In this document: in pieces, positions 50,031-63,960 of the stretch
Layout of the letters: the number at the start of each line of letters is the position of its first letter
Position numbering within the stretch: the first letter of the stretch is position 1
Assembly: GCF_006345805.1 (NCBI RefSeq)
Contig: NC_042997.1
Location: 165,416,001-165,480,000 of the forward strand
Direction of reading: 5' to 3'
DNA length: 64,000 nt
DNA from: Octopus sinensis
Lineage: Eukaryota
Notes under the pieces: generated by a model
What the model was told of the DNA's origin: nothing
Databases searched by the model: none
Seen by the model: only the letters and a program-made list of their open reading frames with translations
Translations under genes and position numbers: made by a program

Positions 50031-53000
50031 GCGGCGGTAGTGTTTAGCCTCAGTTCAGTGTTTATCCGACCAGTAGAAATATCATATAAAAATATAAGTC
50101 TTCTAGCCTCGATCGCAGTTTGTATCTAGCATTGCCTTATCTAGTGTGTCCTCGTTCTCTTTTTAAACCGAAGTGCAGGATTTCAGAGGAAGTTGATTGC
50201 AATTTCTTGCGCATCAATCGACTGCATAGTGGCTCTTTTATTGGCTCATTTGTAAGTACTTTGCACTTACACCTAGAGAACACCATCATTTGCAAGGCTC
50301 CTTTAATTAAATGTAATGTGGTGGAACCAGTAGAGAGCTGAAGTAAACGTCTTAAAGTATTTAATTTCGACCGCCTACATTATACGTTCAAATCTCTTTC
50401 GGTACCAACTTTGCTTCTCACTGTTTTATGCCGATAAAAGTATTATCAGAAAATTGCTGAGGCCGATTCAGTTGATTATACAGATTTTTGACCTTGCACC
50501 AGTGTGAGAATCCAACGCCTAACAGAAGTCGAATGCAACTTCCATCCTTTGATAATTTATGAGAAACTAAATTACTTATACACTGTGAATGGCACAAGAG
50601 TGCAGCCATGGTTGTATGATTCATAAGTTTGCTACTCAACTACGAGATTTCGACTTGAATCAGCTCAAGATTTGTAAGTGAGCGCTGCATCGACCAAAAC
50701 TTTGTGAACATTGATAGACAGAAAATGTTTTGATATCCAGTAGGCTTTAATCCATCGTCCGATTTAACACTATCACTATTACTTGGCACATGGATGACTT
50801 TAGCAAAGTTTACTCTGTTGCAAGTATTTGAGCCAGGTTACCGGTCAAAGTATAACTTTCTCCCTGCCTTTCATTAGTTTTAGAGGTCTTGAAATAATCG
50901 GTAGTTTCTATCCCAAAAGAAATCATTATTACCTATAGCTTATTGATAGATACCTCTAATCAGTGAAAGGTCAAGCAAATTATCCGCACGAGTGTCAAGA
51001 AATATAAATAATATCAATATCAAATCTAAAAATTTCAATAGTATTAATATTAAATCTGAAATCGTCCGTCTTTACGTTCTGAGTTCAAATTCCATCAAGT
51101 TCGACATTGCCTTTCATCCTATAAAGGTCGATAAAATAAATACCAGTTGAATGTTGTGGTCGATATAATCCACTTAACTTCTCTACAGAAATCGCTGGCC
51201 TTGTACCAAAATGTGAAACTAATATTAAATCTGGAACTTCAGTCTATTTAGATGTCTTATTGATTTAACATTAAATCGAATTATCTCAATCTTAATAACA
51301 TAAAAATTAAATAGATTAATGAATTATCTGATAATTACGATTATTTTGGTCACTGGATAATGCTGATTATGTTATTATTTAGTAAGTTAAAACATCAATA
51401 TTTCACCTGCAAGCAAAATAAATAAATTCTGATTTACTTTAATCAGATGATATATTTTAGGAATACGTGAAATTCATAAATTCCCATGTAGTTTCCCAAC
51501 ATAGAGGATATTTATGCCAAGAGGACCTTTGAAGGTCATTAACACCGCACCATTATTTTCACTAAACCATTAAAAGAGAATATATATAGTGCATATAAGT
51601 ATGCATATATACAATTATTACTAAACATAGACACAAGATCTCAAATTTGAGGGATGAATTTAATAAATTATATCGAATGTTGTAACTGGTTGTATGTTTT
51701 CTTATCAACTCCAGAAAGATAAAGCAAAAATCGACCCAAACGAAATTTGAACTCAGAAAGCAGTATTTATATTGACACAATTTCGTGAAATGCAATGTAC
51801 AGTGAGTAGCGAAAACTGAGCTTCTGTTTCACAGAGCCTCAGCTTGAAGCTATTTTCATTTTACTGACAACATTTAGAGATATACCGGGCTGGATAAAAA
51901 TCAACAGATGTCCTACGTACAGCCTGACACCAACTGTGAATCCTCCTCTACACTTCCATTGACAATACAGTGAGGCATAAGTGCCCTTTGTAAAATAATA
52001 GATTAAAAATTTGGTTTTCTCACAAGCTAAACTCAACAGCATTTTAGATTTGATACTAAATAGCGCAGGCAACAAGAACAATCCACAATTTTCGATACAA
52101 TTTATTAGAAGGGAAAAATACAAGTACTGAAATTTATCGGAAACTATTTTTTCAATAGAAATCAATTTTGGTAGTCATTTATTGGAAAAATATATTTTTG
52201 TGCGTAAAAAATTATTTGTACAAAGCAAAATATCTTTTATTCAATTGGTTTCAAACCTTGAGGATATATAGCATTTCAACACAAAATATTATTACTTAAT
52301 GCTGCTTACTTTTATACTTTAATATGTTTAAAATATTTTCTTGTTATATATATAATTGTGAAGGATTTTTAAAGGATTAGTAAGACAATCAAACTTGCTA
52401 AAGTTTGGACACTATAGTTAATTTGAAACTTAAGTAACTGAATTTGGAAATTCACTAAATCTTAGCCATTTGGATCTGCTTTAAGAATAATACAACATTG
52501 GCTAGGTAGCCTTCATAATCTATAACATAAATTAGACTATTTTTTTTGTTTTTGTTTGCTTAATCCAATTTATTGTAACAGCTTGGCAGAGATTAATTCA
52601 CATGTGTACGATGTTTTATTTAACAAATATTGTCATTGCCTTTAGCACAATATATTTTTATAGTTAAAATAACTACACCTTCACTTTGTTTATAGATAAA
52701 AATTTAAAAATTAATGAGAAATTCAGGAAGCGTATTACTTACGGCAAATGATGAAGCATTAAAATAGACTAATTTCCTAATTCAAAATGCAAACACAGTA
52801 AACGAATAAAGTGGCATACATAGATAACCATAGCCGTCACTCATATGCATATGTTTTTGTTTTGTGTGTTTGTTTGTTTGTTTTAATTATTACGACCACA
52901 TTTTGAGGTGGCCTACTTCTTTTGCAGTTTGCACCATTATAGATCCGGTACCGAAAAGATAAAAACGAACATTGATACCCTATTCCTTCGATGCACTAAG

Positions 53001-53089
53001 AAAGTAGTTATTTGGCTCAATGATTAATCCGTTATCAAGTATATACTAAGGGAAAATATGTTCGTTATCCCTCCAGTTCCTTAAAACAT

Positions 53090-53610
53090 TGGTTTCAAAT
53101 TTTAGCACAAGGCCAGCAATCTTGGAGGAGAGAGAAAGTCGATTGTATTGACCTAATGGTTTCATTATTCTGCCAGCTCACCGCCTTATTCTTCATTAAA
53201 ATATTGATTTCAAATTTTGGTACAAGGCTAGCAATTTACGGGGTAGGGGTAAGTCGATTATGTCGACCCCGGTGCTCAACCGGTACTTATTTTATCGAAC
53301 CCGAAGGGATGAAAGGCAAAGTCAACCTCAGCAGTATTTGAACTCAGAAGATGCGGACGGACGAAATATCGTGCTAATGATTCCGCCAGCTCACCGCTTT
53401 ATTCTTCTTAGAAATATAGGTTGTTTGTAAGACGGTGAGCTGGCAGAATTGTTAGCACGTTCGCATTTCGTCCATCTTTACATTCTGAGTTCAAATTCCG
53501 CCGCGGTCGACTTTGTGTGTGTATATCGACCCCTTTCCAAGTCGATAAAATAAGTACAAGTTGAAAAGAGGGGTCGATGCTGGTTGCTGCCCTTGTGTCA
53601 AAATTTAGAA
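53090..53610. mobile_element. Meta-like SINE copies in opposite orientations just before the last exon
   Basis: Minus copies at about 53090-53400 and a plus copy at about 53432-53610. Confidence 0.7.
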
Positions 53611-53674
53611 CCAACATTGGAACTTTGTAAGAAATAACACAATACCTTATACTTTTTTTTTTTATTATTTGCAG

Positions 53675-53832
53675 ATGCCTTGTGCTTCGACAATTCTTTT
53701 AGTATGATGACTTCAAAGAATGTCCGTTATACTGCAGAAGTTATGAATCCTGAAATTGATGTTTTGAAAGACGATCTTGATAAAATGATCAAAGACAGCA
53801 CTTGGGATGAACTTTCTGCTCAAATCAATTAG
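53675..53832 (+). CDS. RALBP: RALBP exon 9: (Y)[23 protein letters not shown]...WDELSAQIN*
   Basis: TTTGCAG acceptor, GOLD motif Y.L.FDNS.S...SK.V.Y, TAG at 53830-53832. Confidence 0.95.
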
Positions 53833-54395
53833 ATTAATATATAAAATTAATATATAAATCTAAACGCACTCACTAACATACATACATGCATACCCGTATA
53901 AACAAAAACCTCGTTGTTAGAAGCAGAGATATGTTGATAGAGAAATTCAATCCCAGCAATATTAGTAACAACTAGGAGTTGGACAGTAAAAGCAACATTG
54001 ACAACGAACTTCTTCTATAGAATCTTCCTCTATAGAATGTTTCATTGAAATATCTAAAGTAATTTCCATAACCTTCTGAAATATCCTTCAGAAAAATGGT
54101 ACAAAACTAACAATATATTGATTTTTATTTGAAGATAAAATTGGTATTGTGCTTCAGATATTTCAGATTTGTTTCGGCCCGTGGTGGCACATATCAACTC
54201 TAACTTTAATCCATGCCTATCTTACATGACATTTAGAACATTTTGGAGAACTTAAACCAAAATATCATGATTCTATTTAAAATACAATAATATCAATAAC
54301 GGAAAGAAATGCCAATCGTTTGCTGTTGTTGTTTTTCTAATATTCAATGGATCATTAAAATTAATATGATAAACTAACACTATTTTAATAATAGT

Positions 54396-54426
<31 letters not shown>

Positions 54427-55103
54427 TTTTTTCTTTTATTAGCCACAAGGGTTCACATACAAAAACATTAAATGACAGACAACAGCATAAAAGACAAAAA
54501 CTGAACGATATAATAATAGTAAGGATTATAACGCTAGTGATAAGTTATTAGCGACTTTGAATGAGTCGACAAATCTCCTGTTGTTACTAATACCGATGTT
54601 ACTGATATCAACTTATGACAATTGTTTTAAATGCTTCCTTTTCGCTATTATTCATTTTTTTAATGTATCTTCTAAACCTTCATCTTTTCAAATAAAGATA
54701 GAGCATAAATAAATTATTTCTTGCTTTTTTTCTTGTTCTATATATGTATTCCTGTATTCAAATACGTCTATATGTGTAACCGCATATAAAAACGACAGGA
54801 ATATAAGTTTAATATCCTGTATGGCAATTCTCTTGACCAAAATATAAACAGCTATACAGTTGATATGAGAGATCAACTATATAATTGTTTGAAAGTTCAA
54901 ATATTTTACTCCCATAACGTAGATTATTTATGATATTTTTGGTTTTTTTTTATTTTCAGTATACTGCCGCATCATATTTACATTATCAGAATCATACATT
55001 TTTTTTCTTATACAAACACTTTAAAACACTTTAAAATATTTTTGAATGAGTGTATGGGGAAACATCCTGAATCTATTTTTTTTCACAAAAATTATATTTA
55101 TAA

Positions 55104-55109
55104 AATAAA
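55104..55109 (+). terminator. Candidate polyadenylation signal AATAAA (alternative at 54691)
   Basis: Ends an AT-rich, repeat-poor 1.3-kb stretch after the stop; followed by GT-rich TGTCATATGTTA repeats. Confidence 0.4.
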
Positions 55110-55351
55110 GGCATGTCATATGTTATAGGGCGTCATATGTTATGTCATATGTTATGTCATATGTTATAGGTATTGAAAAGAAGGTATAAAAGTATAGAGA
55201 AAAGAAATATTAAATGGACGATGGCTGTATAGAGACAGTGGGGGATGGCAGAAGCATTTGTATCGACTACCAGAGGGTGGCTTGGACAAATTTTTCAAAA
55301 GTACTTCCGCTCCTGTAAACAAGGTATACACTTTAAGTATATTTGAAGCAT

Positions 55352-55402
<51 letters not shown>

Positions 55403-56956
55403 CATTGAGGATTCGACCATCAAAACTAAGGCTCCAAATCTATATCGAAGACACCGCTTGTGGAAGACATCAAGCTGGTTGATTTGTGACCGGTATAGAA
55501 CCCAAGACTCAGAACCATAGAGTAAAATGGACGAGACGACTGCTCACTGGACACTGACCTTTATTTTCAACGAAATTTCTCTGTTGCTCCACAACCGATG
55601 ATGAAATTTACCAAAAGAATCAGTGGCTTTAAAAATGCTGTTGGTGTCCCACAAGAGTTGACAACACTACCTAGGTAACAGAAGTTTTTTTTTTTACATA
55701 TTCAAGACTTTTGTTGTCAAGTGTGATAGGTTCAGGAAATGGATGAGAAAGAGGAGGCTGTTTTACACCCCGGATTTGCCTAGGTTGATGTATTATTTTA
55801 GTTTTCTTAATGCTAATGGTGGGGCCAAAGGCTTTACACGCAAAAGAGAAACGATCAAGAAGCTCTTGTGCTTAAGAAAGGGATGTTGCAACAAGAGCGG
55901 CACCATTTGCAAAAAGAAGCTCCCTAATAAGATGATTTCATATAAGTGTTTTGATCTTAAAATTTTGTTGATTGAAGTGGTTCGGAGTTGAAACTTTACA
56001 CTTTCCTCAACGTCAGTAAAAGCATGTCACAACATGACAGAGAAAAAAAAATGCAAAAAGAACTGGTGCCAACACACAACCTTGTTTTGTTCCGTTTGAG
56101 ACATCAAAGGCGTCAGACAATTGACCATCTGAGTGCGGCATGAGGACAAAAAAGCAGAAAGACAGAAAATTAACTGGTTTAAACAAAATTGAAGATCATC
56201 GTAGGGTGCGGAATAGTGAAGTAGAGTAACCCTAATGAGCCTTTTTATGTTTTAGAGTGTCGGGAAAGGTGAAAAGAAGGAAAAGAACAGAAGGCATGGC
56301 ATGAATGACATCCGCAAAACAAAATGACATTCGTTAAACGCACTCAAAAATCAGGTGGTGGTATTAAACCTGACAACGGATTAAGTCAACCGAATCAGAA
56401 TACAAAGAGCCAGAATAAATACCGCAAGGCATCTCGCCCAAAACTCTAGCAATTCTGCAATACACCACTCTAGACTATCACACAGGATTTTAATACAAAG
56501 CTGAGAAAGTCGGAACAAGCTCCGCAAGATATTTAATCCAACCTTCTAACTACTCTGCCAGATTTAGACCTAAGCTAATTAAGCTACAGCTTATGTTTCA
56601 CAATTTACGAGGACCTCAAAATAATTAAACACCATGTATGGTTGCAATTTTTATGAGACCTTCCTGTGTAATTTTTAACCGGGTCCTACAAACTTTATAC
56701 TGCTTAGTATCTCACTATGCTTTAAATCTAACATTTGATAGGGGCAGTCAAATCGTTCGTGTTCAGTGGTTAGAAAACTACTCAGAAACACATGTGCATG
56801 CACTCAATAACACAAATGAGAGTATAAAAAAGCAACACCATGAGTTCCAAAAATGTAAAAGAACGGAGATGTTATGTAAGAGGAAGGAAAATGACTAGAA
56901 GCAGAAAAAAGCATTCGTTGGTGTTTGGGTGCCTTGCGGTATATATAAATTCGTAG

Positions 56957-57187
56957 GGCGGCGAACTGGCAGAAACGTTAGCACGCCGGGCGAAATACGT
57001 AACCTATTTCGTCTGCCGTTACGTTCTGAGTTCAAATTCCGCCGTGATCGACTTTGCCTTCCATCCTTTCGGGGTCGATAAACTAAGTACCAGTTACGCA
57101 CTGGGGTCGATGTAATCGACTTAATCCCTTCGTCTGTCCTTGTTTGTCTCCTCTGTGTTTAGCCCCTTGTGGTTAGTAAAGAAATAG
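56957..57187 (+). mobile_element. Full-length Meta-like SINE
   Basis: Family match; flanking GGTATA(T/C)ATAAATTC duplication. Confidence 0.88.
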
Positions 57188-57439
57188 GTATACATAAATT
57201 CAACCAAATAGCAGCTCTTTCTTTCTTTATTCTTTCTTTCTCTCTCTCTCTCTCTCCCTCCCTCCCCCCTCTCTCTCTCTCTCTCTCTCTCTCATTCTTT
57301 CTCTGTTCCTCTGTGGGATGATCTTGTGCCTCCACTTCTTGAGCACTCCCAACTCTCTTTTATCTCTTTCAGTTGTCACCCATATCGCGTCCACGTACCC
57401 CAGGTTCCGCAATAACTGCTACTTACAAGTTAGTGACAA

Positions 57440-57848
57440 GGCGCAGGCATGGGAGTGTGGTAAGAAGTTTACTTCTCAACATCAAGGTTTCAGGTTCAGT
57501 CCCATTGCATTGCACCTTGGGCAAGTGCCTTCTACTATAGTTCCGGACCGACCAAAGCCTTGTGATTGGATTTGACAGAAGAAAGGTGAAAGAAGCTTGT
57601 GGTATGCATGTATGCATGTATGCGTGCGCGCATGCGTATGTTATCTGTTCCCGCCACCGCTTGACAACCGGTGCTAATTTGTTTATGATCCCGTAACTTA
57701 GCGTTTCAGCAAAAGAGATCCATAGAATTAATACCAGACTTAAATATAAGTACTGAGGCGATTTGTTCGACTAAAAACCTTCAAGGCAATGCCCCAGCAT
57801 GGTCGCAGTCCAACGACTGAAACAAGTAAAAGATAAAGGATAAAAGAT
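57440..57848 (+). mobile_element. tRNA-derived SINE, third family, full length
   Basis: GGCGCAGGCATGG..GTGGTAAGAAG head, GGTTCAGTCCC B-box, CCAGCATGG.CGCAGTC..GACTGAAACAAGTAAAAGA tail. Confidence 0.8.
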
Positions 57849-59044
57849 ACGTCATGTAGTGAAGAAAATTATCTACTTAAGTGATAATACTGATGCGGTC
57901 ATGGAAAGAAAATATCAACCCAGTAACTAATAAGATTTTATCTGATCTTAGTAAAATCGGGCGACAGCTTCGGACAGATTTCGTTAAATCTCCTCGCTAA
58001 ATCTCCTCGGCAAAATATAGCTTTTCTTCATATGTATAGTATTGTACATGAGTCATCATCGAAAATGATAATAATGACTTAATTCTAATCATCAGACCAA
58101 GATTTTTCTTTTCACAGCATAATTAACAAATTAGGTTGTTCCAAAGACATGCCCGCGCGCACCATGCTGAATATCAATAATATAAAATTAAATTAAATTA
58201 GTTCACCCATCAAAGATTTTAACAATTTAAGACGATTCAGTACTGAAAATAAGGAAACCGGTATTGCTAAATTTTCTTACAATCACACATGTTCGTCTGT
58301 GGTACAGACAAGGACCATTAAGTCGTCCTTAGGATGAGTGATGACTTATGCAGTGACATTGTTTAAAGTGAAGCAGTGTTGTGCACCGTTAACCTTACTC
58401 TCACGTCCCTGACCATTTTCAGTCCAGTGATAAGACCAAGTCAAGACGACTGAGGGTGAAGATGGATGTATTTGACCAACATGTCATTACTTAACTCATT
58501 TGGTCTCTGTAACCGCTTTCCCCTCTGTTGAACCATGGAAGTTACTTACGCAGAATCCGCTGGATTTCAGCCTTCACATGCGTAAGTACGCAAGGTTTAA
58601 TATTTTAATAAACCCATAGCTGAGACCCTGACGGATAGTAGTACTCTGGATAAGAGCAGACCTGGGAACAATAATGGCTAAGTAATGGTTCCACACTTCT
58701 CAAAGCCTTGACACTCCCGAACCAGGCCCCCACTTCCGGATGCAATATAAAGTCATACCTAGAACAATATAATGCTACAAACAATAATGATGCTATGTAG
58801 CAAAACTCTGTGGACTTAGATTCACCAAATGGCTTTGAAATAATTGGAAGAGACATCTTATATCAAGATACATGGGTAGCCATTGTGAAAGGTTATGCGG
58901 CTTTCTTTCTTGTAAAGATGCTGTGTATGGGATAACCATTGCTTGTAAGTGGCTTTCTGTTTACAAGAAGAAGTTTCAAAAAATAAGAAAGTGTTAAAGT
59001 AGCCTTGAGAGTCTGGTGTAATACCAACTTGTGACTGAAATACC

Positions 59045-59448
59045 CATTTCTTTACTACCCACAAGGGGCTAAACACATAGAGGACAAACAAGGACACACA
59101 AACGGATTAAGTCGATTACATCGACCCCAGTGCGTAACTGGTACTTATTTAATCGACCCCGAAAGGATGAAAGGCAAAGTCGACCTCAGCGGAATTTGAA
59201 CTCAGAACGAAATACCTATTTCTTTACAACCCACAAGGGGTTAAACACAGAGAAGACAAACAAGTACAGACAAACGGATTAAGTCGATTACATCGACCCC
59301 AGTGCGTAACTGGTACTTATTTAATCGACCGCGAAAGGATGAAAGGCAAAGTCGACCTCGGCGGAATTTGAACTCAAAACGTAGCGGCAGGCGAAATACC
59401 GCTAAGCATGTCGCGCGGCGTGCTAACGTTTCTACCAGCTCGCCGCCT
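59045..59448 (-). mobile_element. Dimeric Meta-like SINE inside one perfect 16-bp TSD
   Basis: TTGTGACTGAAATACC at 59029-59044 and 59450-59465; the 3' two-thirds of the SINE is present twice. Confidence 0.88.
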
Positions 59449-59744
59449 TTTGTGACTGAAATACCGTCAGGTATATAATTCGTTTGCAGCTTGGATAAGA
59501 AAAGAGGATAGGTTGTTAAATGTGTGCAGGTTACAAAGTTTGTTTAAATACAAACATTGACACACATAGTCCCAGTCAAGTGTTGATTTAGATATTTTCT
59601 GGAATGACAGTTGTAACATTATTCTCAACAATTGACCTAAAAAAAATACATATTGGCAAATTCCATTGTTCGAAAACAAAATAAAACAAATATGAGTTAT
59701 CAGTACATCTATCTGAGTATGTTTGTCTGTTTGGGTCCATATAC

Positions 59745-59747
<3 letters not shown>

Positions 59748-59816
<69 letters not shown>

Positions 59817-60342
59817 ACACCACACACACACCACACACACACACACACCACACCACACACACACCACACACACACTACACACACGCGCACGTGCGCGCAC
59901 ATACACACACATACGTACGTGCGTGCATGCATGCATGCATACATACATACGTACATACATATGTACATACATACATACATACATACATACATACATGCAT
60001 GCATACATACATACATACATATACATACATACGTACATACATACATACATACATACATGCATACGTACATACCTACATACCTACCTACATACATACATAC
60101 ATACATACATACATGCATGCATGCATACATACATACATACATATACATACATACGTACATACATACATACATACATACATGCATACGTACATACCTACAT
60201 ACCTACCTACATACATACATACATACATACATACATACATACATACATACATACATACATACATACATACATGCATACATACATACATACATACATACAT
60301 ACATACATACATACATACATACATACATACATACATACATAC
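59748..60342. repeat. Long (CA)n/(TACA)n microsatellite with a 122-bp higher-order duplication
   Basis: Variant block ATACGTACATACCTACATACCTACC occurs at 60061 and 60183. Confidence 0.92.
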
Positions 60343-60695
60343 AGCGTGGACTTTCAGAAATTGCAGAAATCTCTTGTCGTTAGATGACGCGTGAGAGTTC
60401 TGCAATTTCTTGCTGAACAACCACACAAATGATTCGCTTATAGTCATCAAATATTTGTGGTCACATAAGTACACTCCCTCTATCAAATCGACATTGCCTG
60501 TACAGATGCACGATGTTGTCACATGTCAGATGACGAAATGATCGTAGAGCAACGTAAAATTAAATGTTTTGCTCAAGAACATAACACAACGCCTGGTCTG
60601 GAAATCGAAATTACGATCTCGCAATCGTGAGAGCAACACCCTAACCACTAAGTCATGCGCCTGCACATACATACATACAAACATACATACATACA

Positions 60696-60726
<31 letters not shown>

Positions 60727-60933
60727 CGATTAATACTCTACAACTGATCACGCTATCAGAGGCTATAAAAATCTGCAAGACCTTATAATTTAAAGGTGAT
60801 GGTTAAACCAAGAGACTTTCCTTCACAAGCTTGCCGGTCAAAGTTTACTCTAAATTAAAAGGAAAAAAAAAAGAACATACATACATGTGTATTGACACAT
60901 CCATCCATCCATACATACATACATACTGAAATC

Positions 60934-61010
<77 letters not shown>

Positions 61011-61025
61011 TATATATATAATATA

Positions 61026-61069
<44 letters not shown>

Positions 61070-61346
61070 ATATATTTATACATATATATATATATATATC
61101 GCACGCTCTCTCACTCTTCCTCTCTCTCCTTTCTCTCTCTCTCTCCCTCCCCTTTCTCTCTAGTTCACTCTTTCAGAGCGGTAGTTGATATAAAAGGTGA
61201 TGTGACGCATAGATTACTTTGGGACAATGAGAGGAAACCCAGCAGTTTTTTTATCAGTTATATAGATATAGTGGCATATGCTTCATTATAACAGTGATAT
61301 TCACAAAGCTTTTACCTTTATAAAGAAACTTTTTCAGCGCGATGCA

Positions 61347-61830
61347 TCTATTATATAAAATCCGTTCTGTCTGTCTGTCTGTGTGTCTTCTAGGATCTCG
61401 GACATCCTCCATCCGATTGCGCTCAAATATGATATGTAGATACCGACGCTATCAAGGCGTGTATAAGTCTTGAAAAACTTACAAAAATTGATTCCAGGTG
61501 AGAATCCGATTGATAAAGCCGTGGGAACGTGCATTTGTACGCGCAAGTACATCACCTGTTGCGACTGATACTACGCGTACGCGAGGAATATGTACGTGCA
61601 GTTTGCGCAAAAAAAGCCGGCTGGCTTGAAATAATGCCACAAAATGGGACGTCGGACAAGTTGCTTTGAGAAAATTTGGTTTAAATGTTTGACAACTCAG
61701 CACCATCCATTGGACGGGGTCGTTTTGCTCGTATATCTTAAGAGTACAATTGTATAGTAGTGAACCATTGGTGGTGAAACTAAAATACATCATGTTTATA
61801 TATATTTTCAGTTGCCTCAGTTTCAATTAC
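61347..61830 (+). mobile_element. Helitron-like 5' fragment
   Basis: A|TCTATTATATAAAA start followed by (TCTG)n, typical of non-autonomous Helitrons; no CTAG end seen. Confidence 0.55.
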
Positions 61831-61869
61831 CATAGTGCAGGCATGGGCAATCTGCAGTCCCGGGGGTGG

Positions 61870-62415
61870 GGGGCGAAATTTTTTTCCCACGAAAGTTCCG
61901 GACCCCAGTTATGAACTCATTTGCATACAGCCAACCAGAGCTCAACTATCAAACTAATTTATGAGCGCAAAACAAGTGATGGGCGATAAGATAAGGTCAC
62001 TTGGGTAAGGAATGACCATGCTTCTTTTCTCTTTTAATTATGCATGTTGTTCGTGTTCTTGTTTCAACCATGGCTGCCTCTGCATAATTATTTGTGTTGT
62101 TGTTTACTTTGTAAAACAGTAAGGGATGAGGGCTGCTAGCACATCACCCTCTACCCACATTTTTCCCATCCACATCTTTACCATATGAGGCCCTAACAAA
62201 ATCCGATAATAGATATAGATGCAAATCTATCTAATTATTTGTCTCCTTCTAAAATCAGGCATAACTTGGCGGCGATCGGTCGACTTACAACACCGTTCTT
62301 CGTCTTAAGTTTACTTGGTAGAGGGTGTTTGATAACTTGACAAGGTCAAGGTGAGCTCTGATTGGCTGTATGCATAACTGGGGTCTGGAATTCTCGAAGG
62401 AAAAAAAATTGGGTT
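61870..62415. mobile_element. MITE-like element with ~70-80-bp imperfect terminal inverted repeats
   Basis: TTCCGGACCCCAGTTATG..CATACAGCCAACCAGAGCTCA vs TGAGCTCTGATTGGCTGTATGCATAACTGGGGTCTGGAA. Confidence 0.65.
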
Positions 62416-62660
62416 CCTTAGGGTGGGGTGGGGGTGGGGGGCAAATGACATGTCTAACAAAAGAAATACTTAAAAAATTTTTAGTAGTACGGTCTGATTC
62501 AAGAAAAAGCGGTTTCTAATACCTGCTTTTGAACTACGAAGAAACTGCGCAATCAGAAAACAGATGAACGTATACATGAAAATTAACAATCTTGCTGTAG
62601 CTATGTAAAGTATATAGATGGCGTGTGTATGAAATGAACAAGTACCTCAAACTGATTGTT

Positions 62661-62728
<68 letters not shown>

Positions 62729-63289
62729 CATAAACAAGTGTGTTTATATCTTTCAAAAGTGAAACTTAATTGGTTAGATAATATGAGCGATATGATAGGA
62801 GATATGCTGTTATAGATTAGATCAGAGATGTATTGGCGAATCCAAATCATGCCGTATGGAGAAAAAAAAAGCAATTTTTTGGGCCTCTGTTCCAATATGA
62901 GAATTTGGCATTACCATTATCTTGTTATATTCTTATATTCTCTTTTCGTTGTCGAGCCTCTTGAAGTTGAGCCTCTTACCTTTGGGAGTGACTTACAACT
63001 AGTAATCTTCATCCGTAATTAACTGTTGCTATTTTCGTTATTCTTATTGCTCTTGTCACCATTGTTGTTGTTGTTGTTGTTAAATCTGATAGAATGGCAG
63101 TACATTTCTCTCCATCACCTTCCTTTCCGAATGTAACTTACAAAAAATCAAGAGGACTAGGTAAAAAAGACAAGTGTTTAGCTTTTAATTCTTTCAATTA
63201 TATCTACCACAGAGATAACTTAGGCGTTTAATAAAACACTATGAACACCACCAACAACAACAAGAACAACAGTTTGGTTCCTTCGATGA

Positions 63290-63960
63290 ACTCGCTCGTA
63301 ATTCAGATATACTTAAGGAGATTGACTTTAAATACAAGATCCATTCCCATCTGCACTGTCTTTATTTTCCAAAAATTTCGGTTGGCCATAATCACTAAGC
63401 AATTAAATTGCCTGCATTCCAGCAATAAGGATGACAGAGGGCCAACTCTCATAATGGATTCGTCCTGCACATAACAACAATTGTTCGATGTTGCTCCACA
63501 AGCCAACAATGATCGGATCTTGAATGAATGCGTACACAATGGTTCCCTAGCTTTGCACATATTTCGGAGAGGTCTGACAAACGGCTCTCTGTACTCGTAG
63601 AAGTTACCTTAATCCAGTAATGGCTCCGTGGAACAGCCAATCCAGGGATTTCTGAAAGTTCTCCATAGACCCTCATATCAAAAGTCCGCTGAAGCTAACC
63701 AGCTAGATGAGTCTCGTCTACGCCTAGAGGTTCCTGAGAACGTTGTCGCACTATCGATAATAACGGGAAAGCTCCACCGGTTGTGTTTCCTGATAAAGAG
63801 TCGTGAGTGACTAACAACATTTCAGATGTTTTCATTTGATCCAGAGCATTGGTTGACCCTATCGAAAGATTTCGATTGACCCAAATTGGTTATATCCTCG
63901 CCGTAGCCAGGATTATTACTTTTGATAGAGTCGTAAGGACATTGTCGTGACACGTGACGT
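63290..63960 (-). mobile_element. Old RTEX-like LINE ORF2 C-terminal relic
   Basis: RVYGELSEIP resembles VYGELGRYP and is followed by YWIK; many disruptions. Confidence 0.45.

Noticed and set aside
59588-60522. Long ORFs of HTYI/MYVC repeats, and similar poly-I/Y/L/HT ORFs elsewhere
   Set aside because: Translations of microsatellites with no coding signal.
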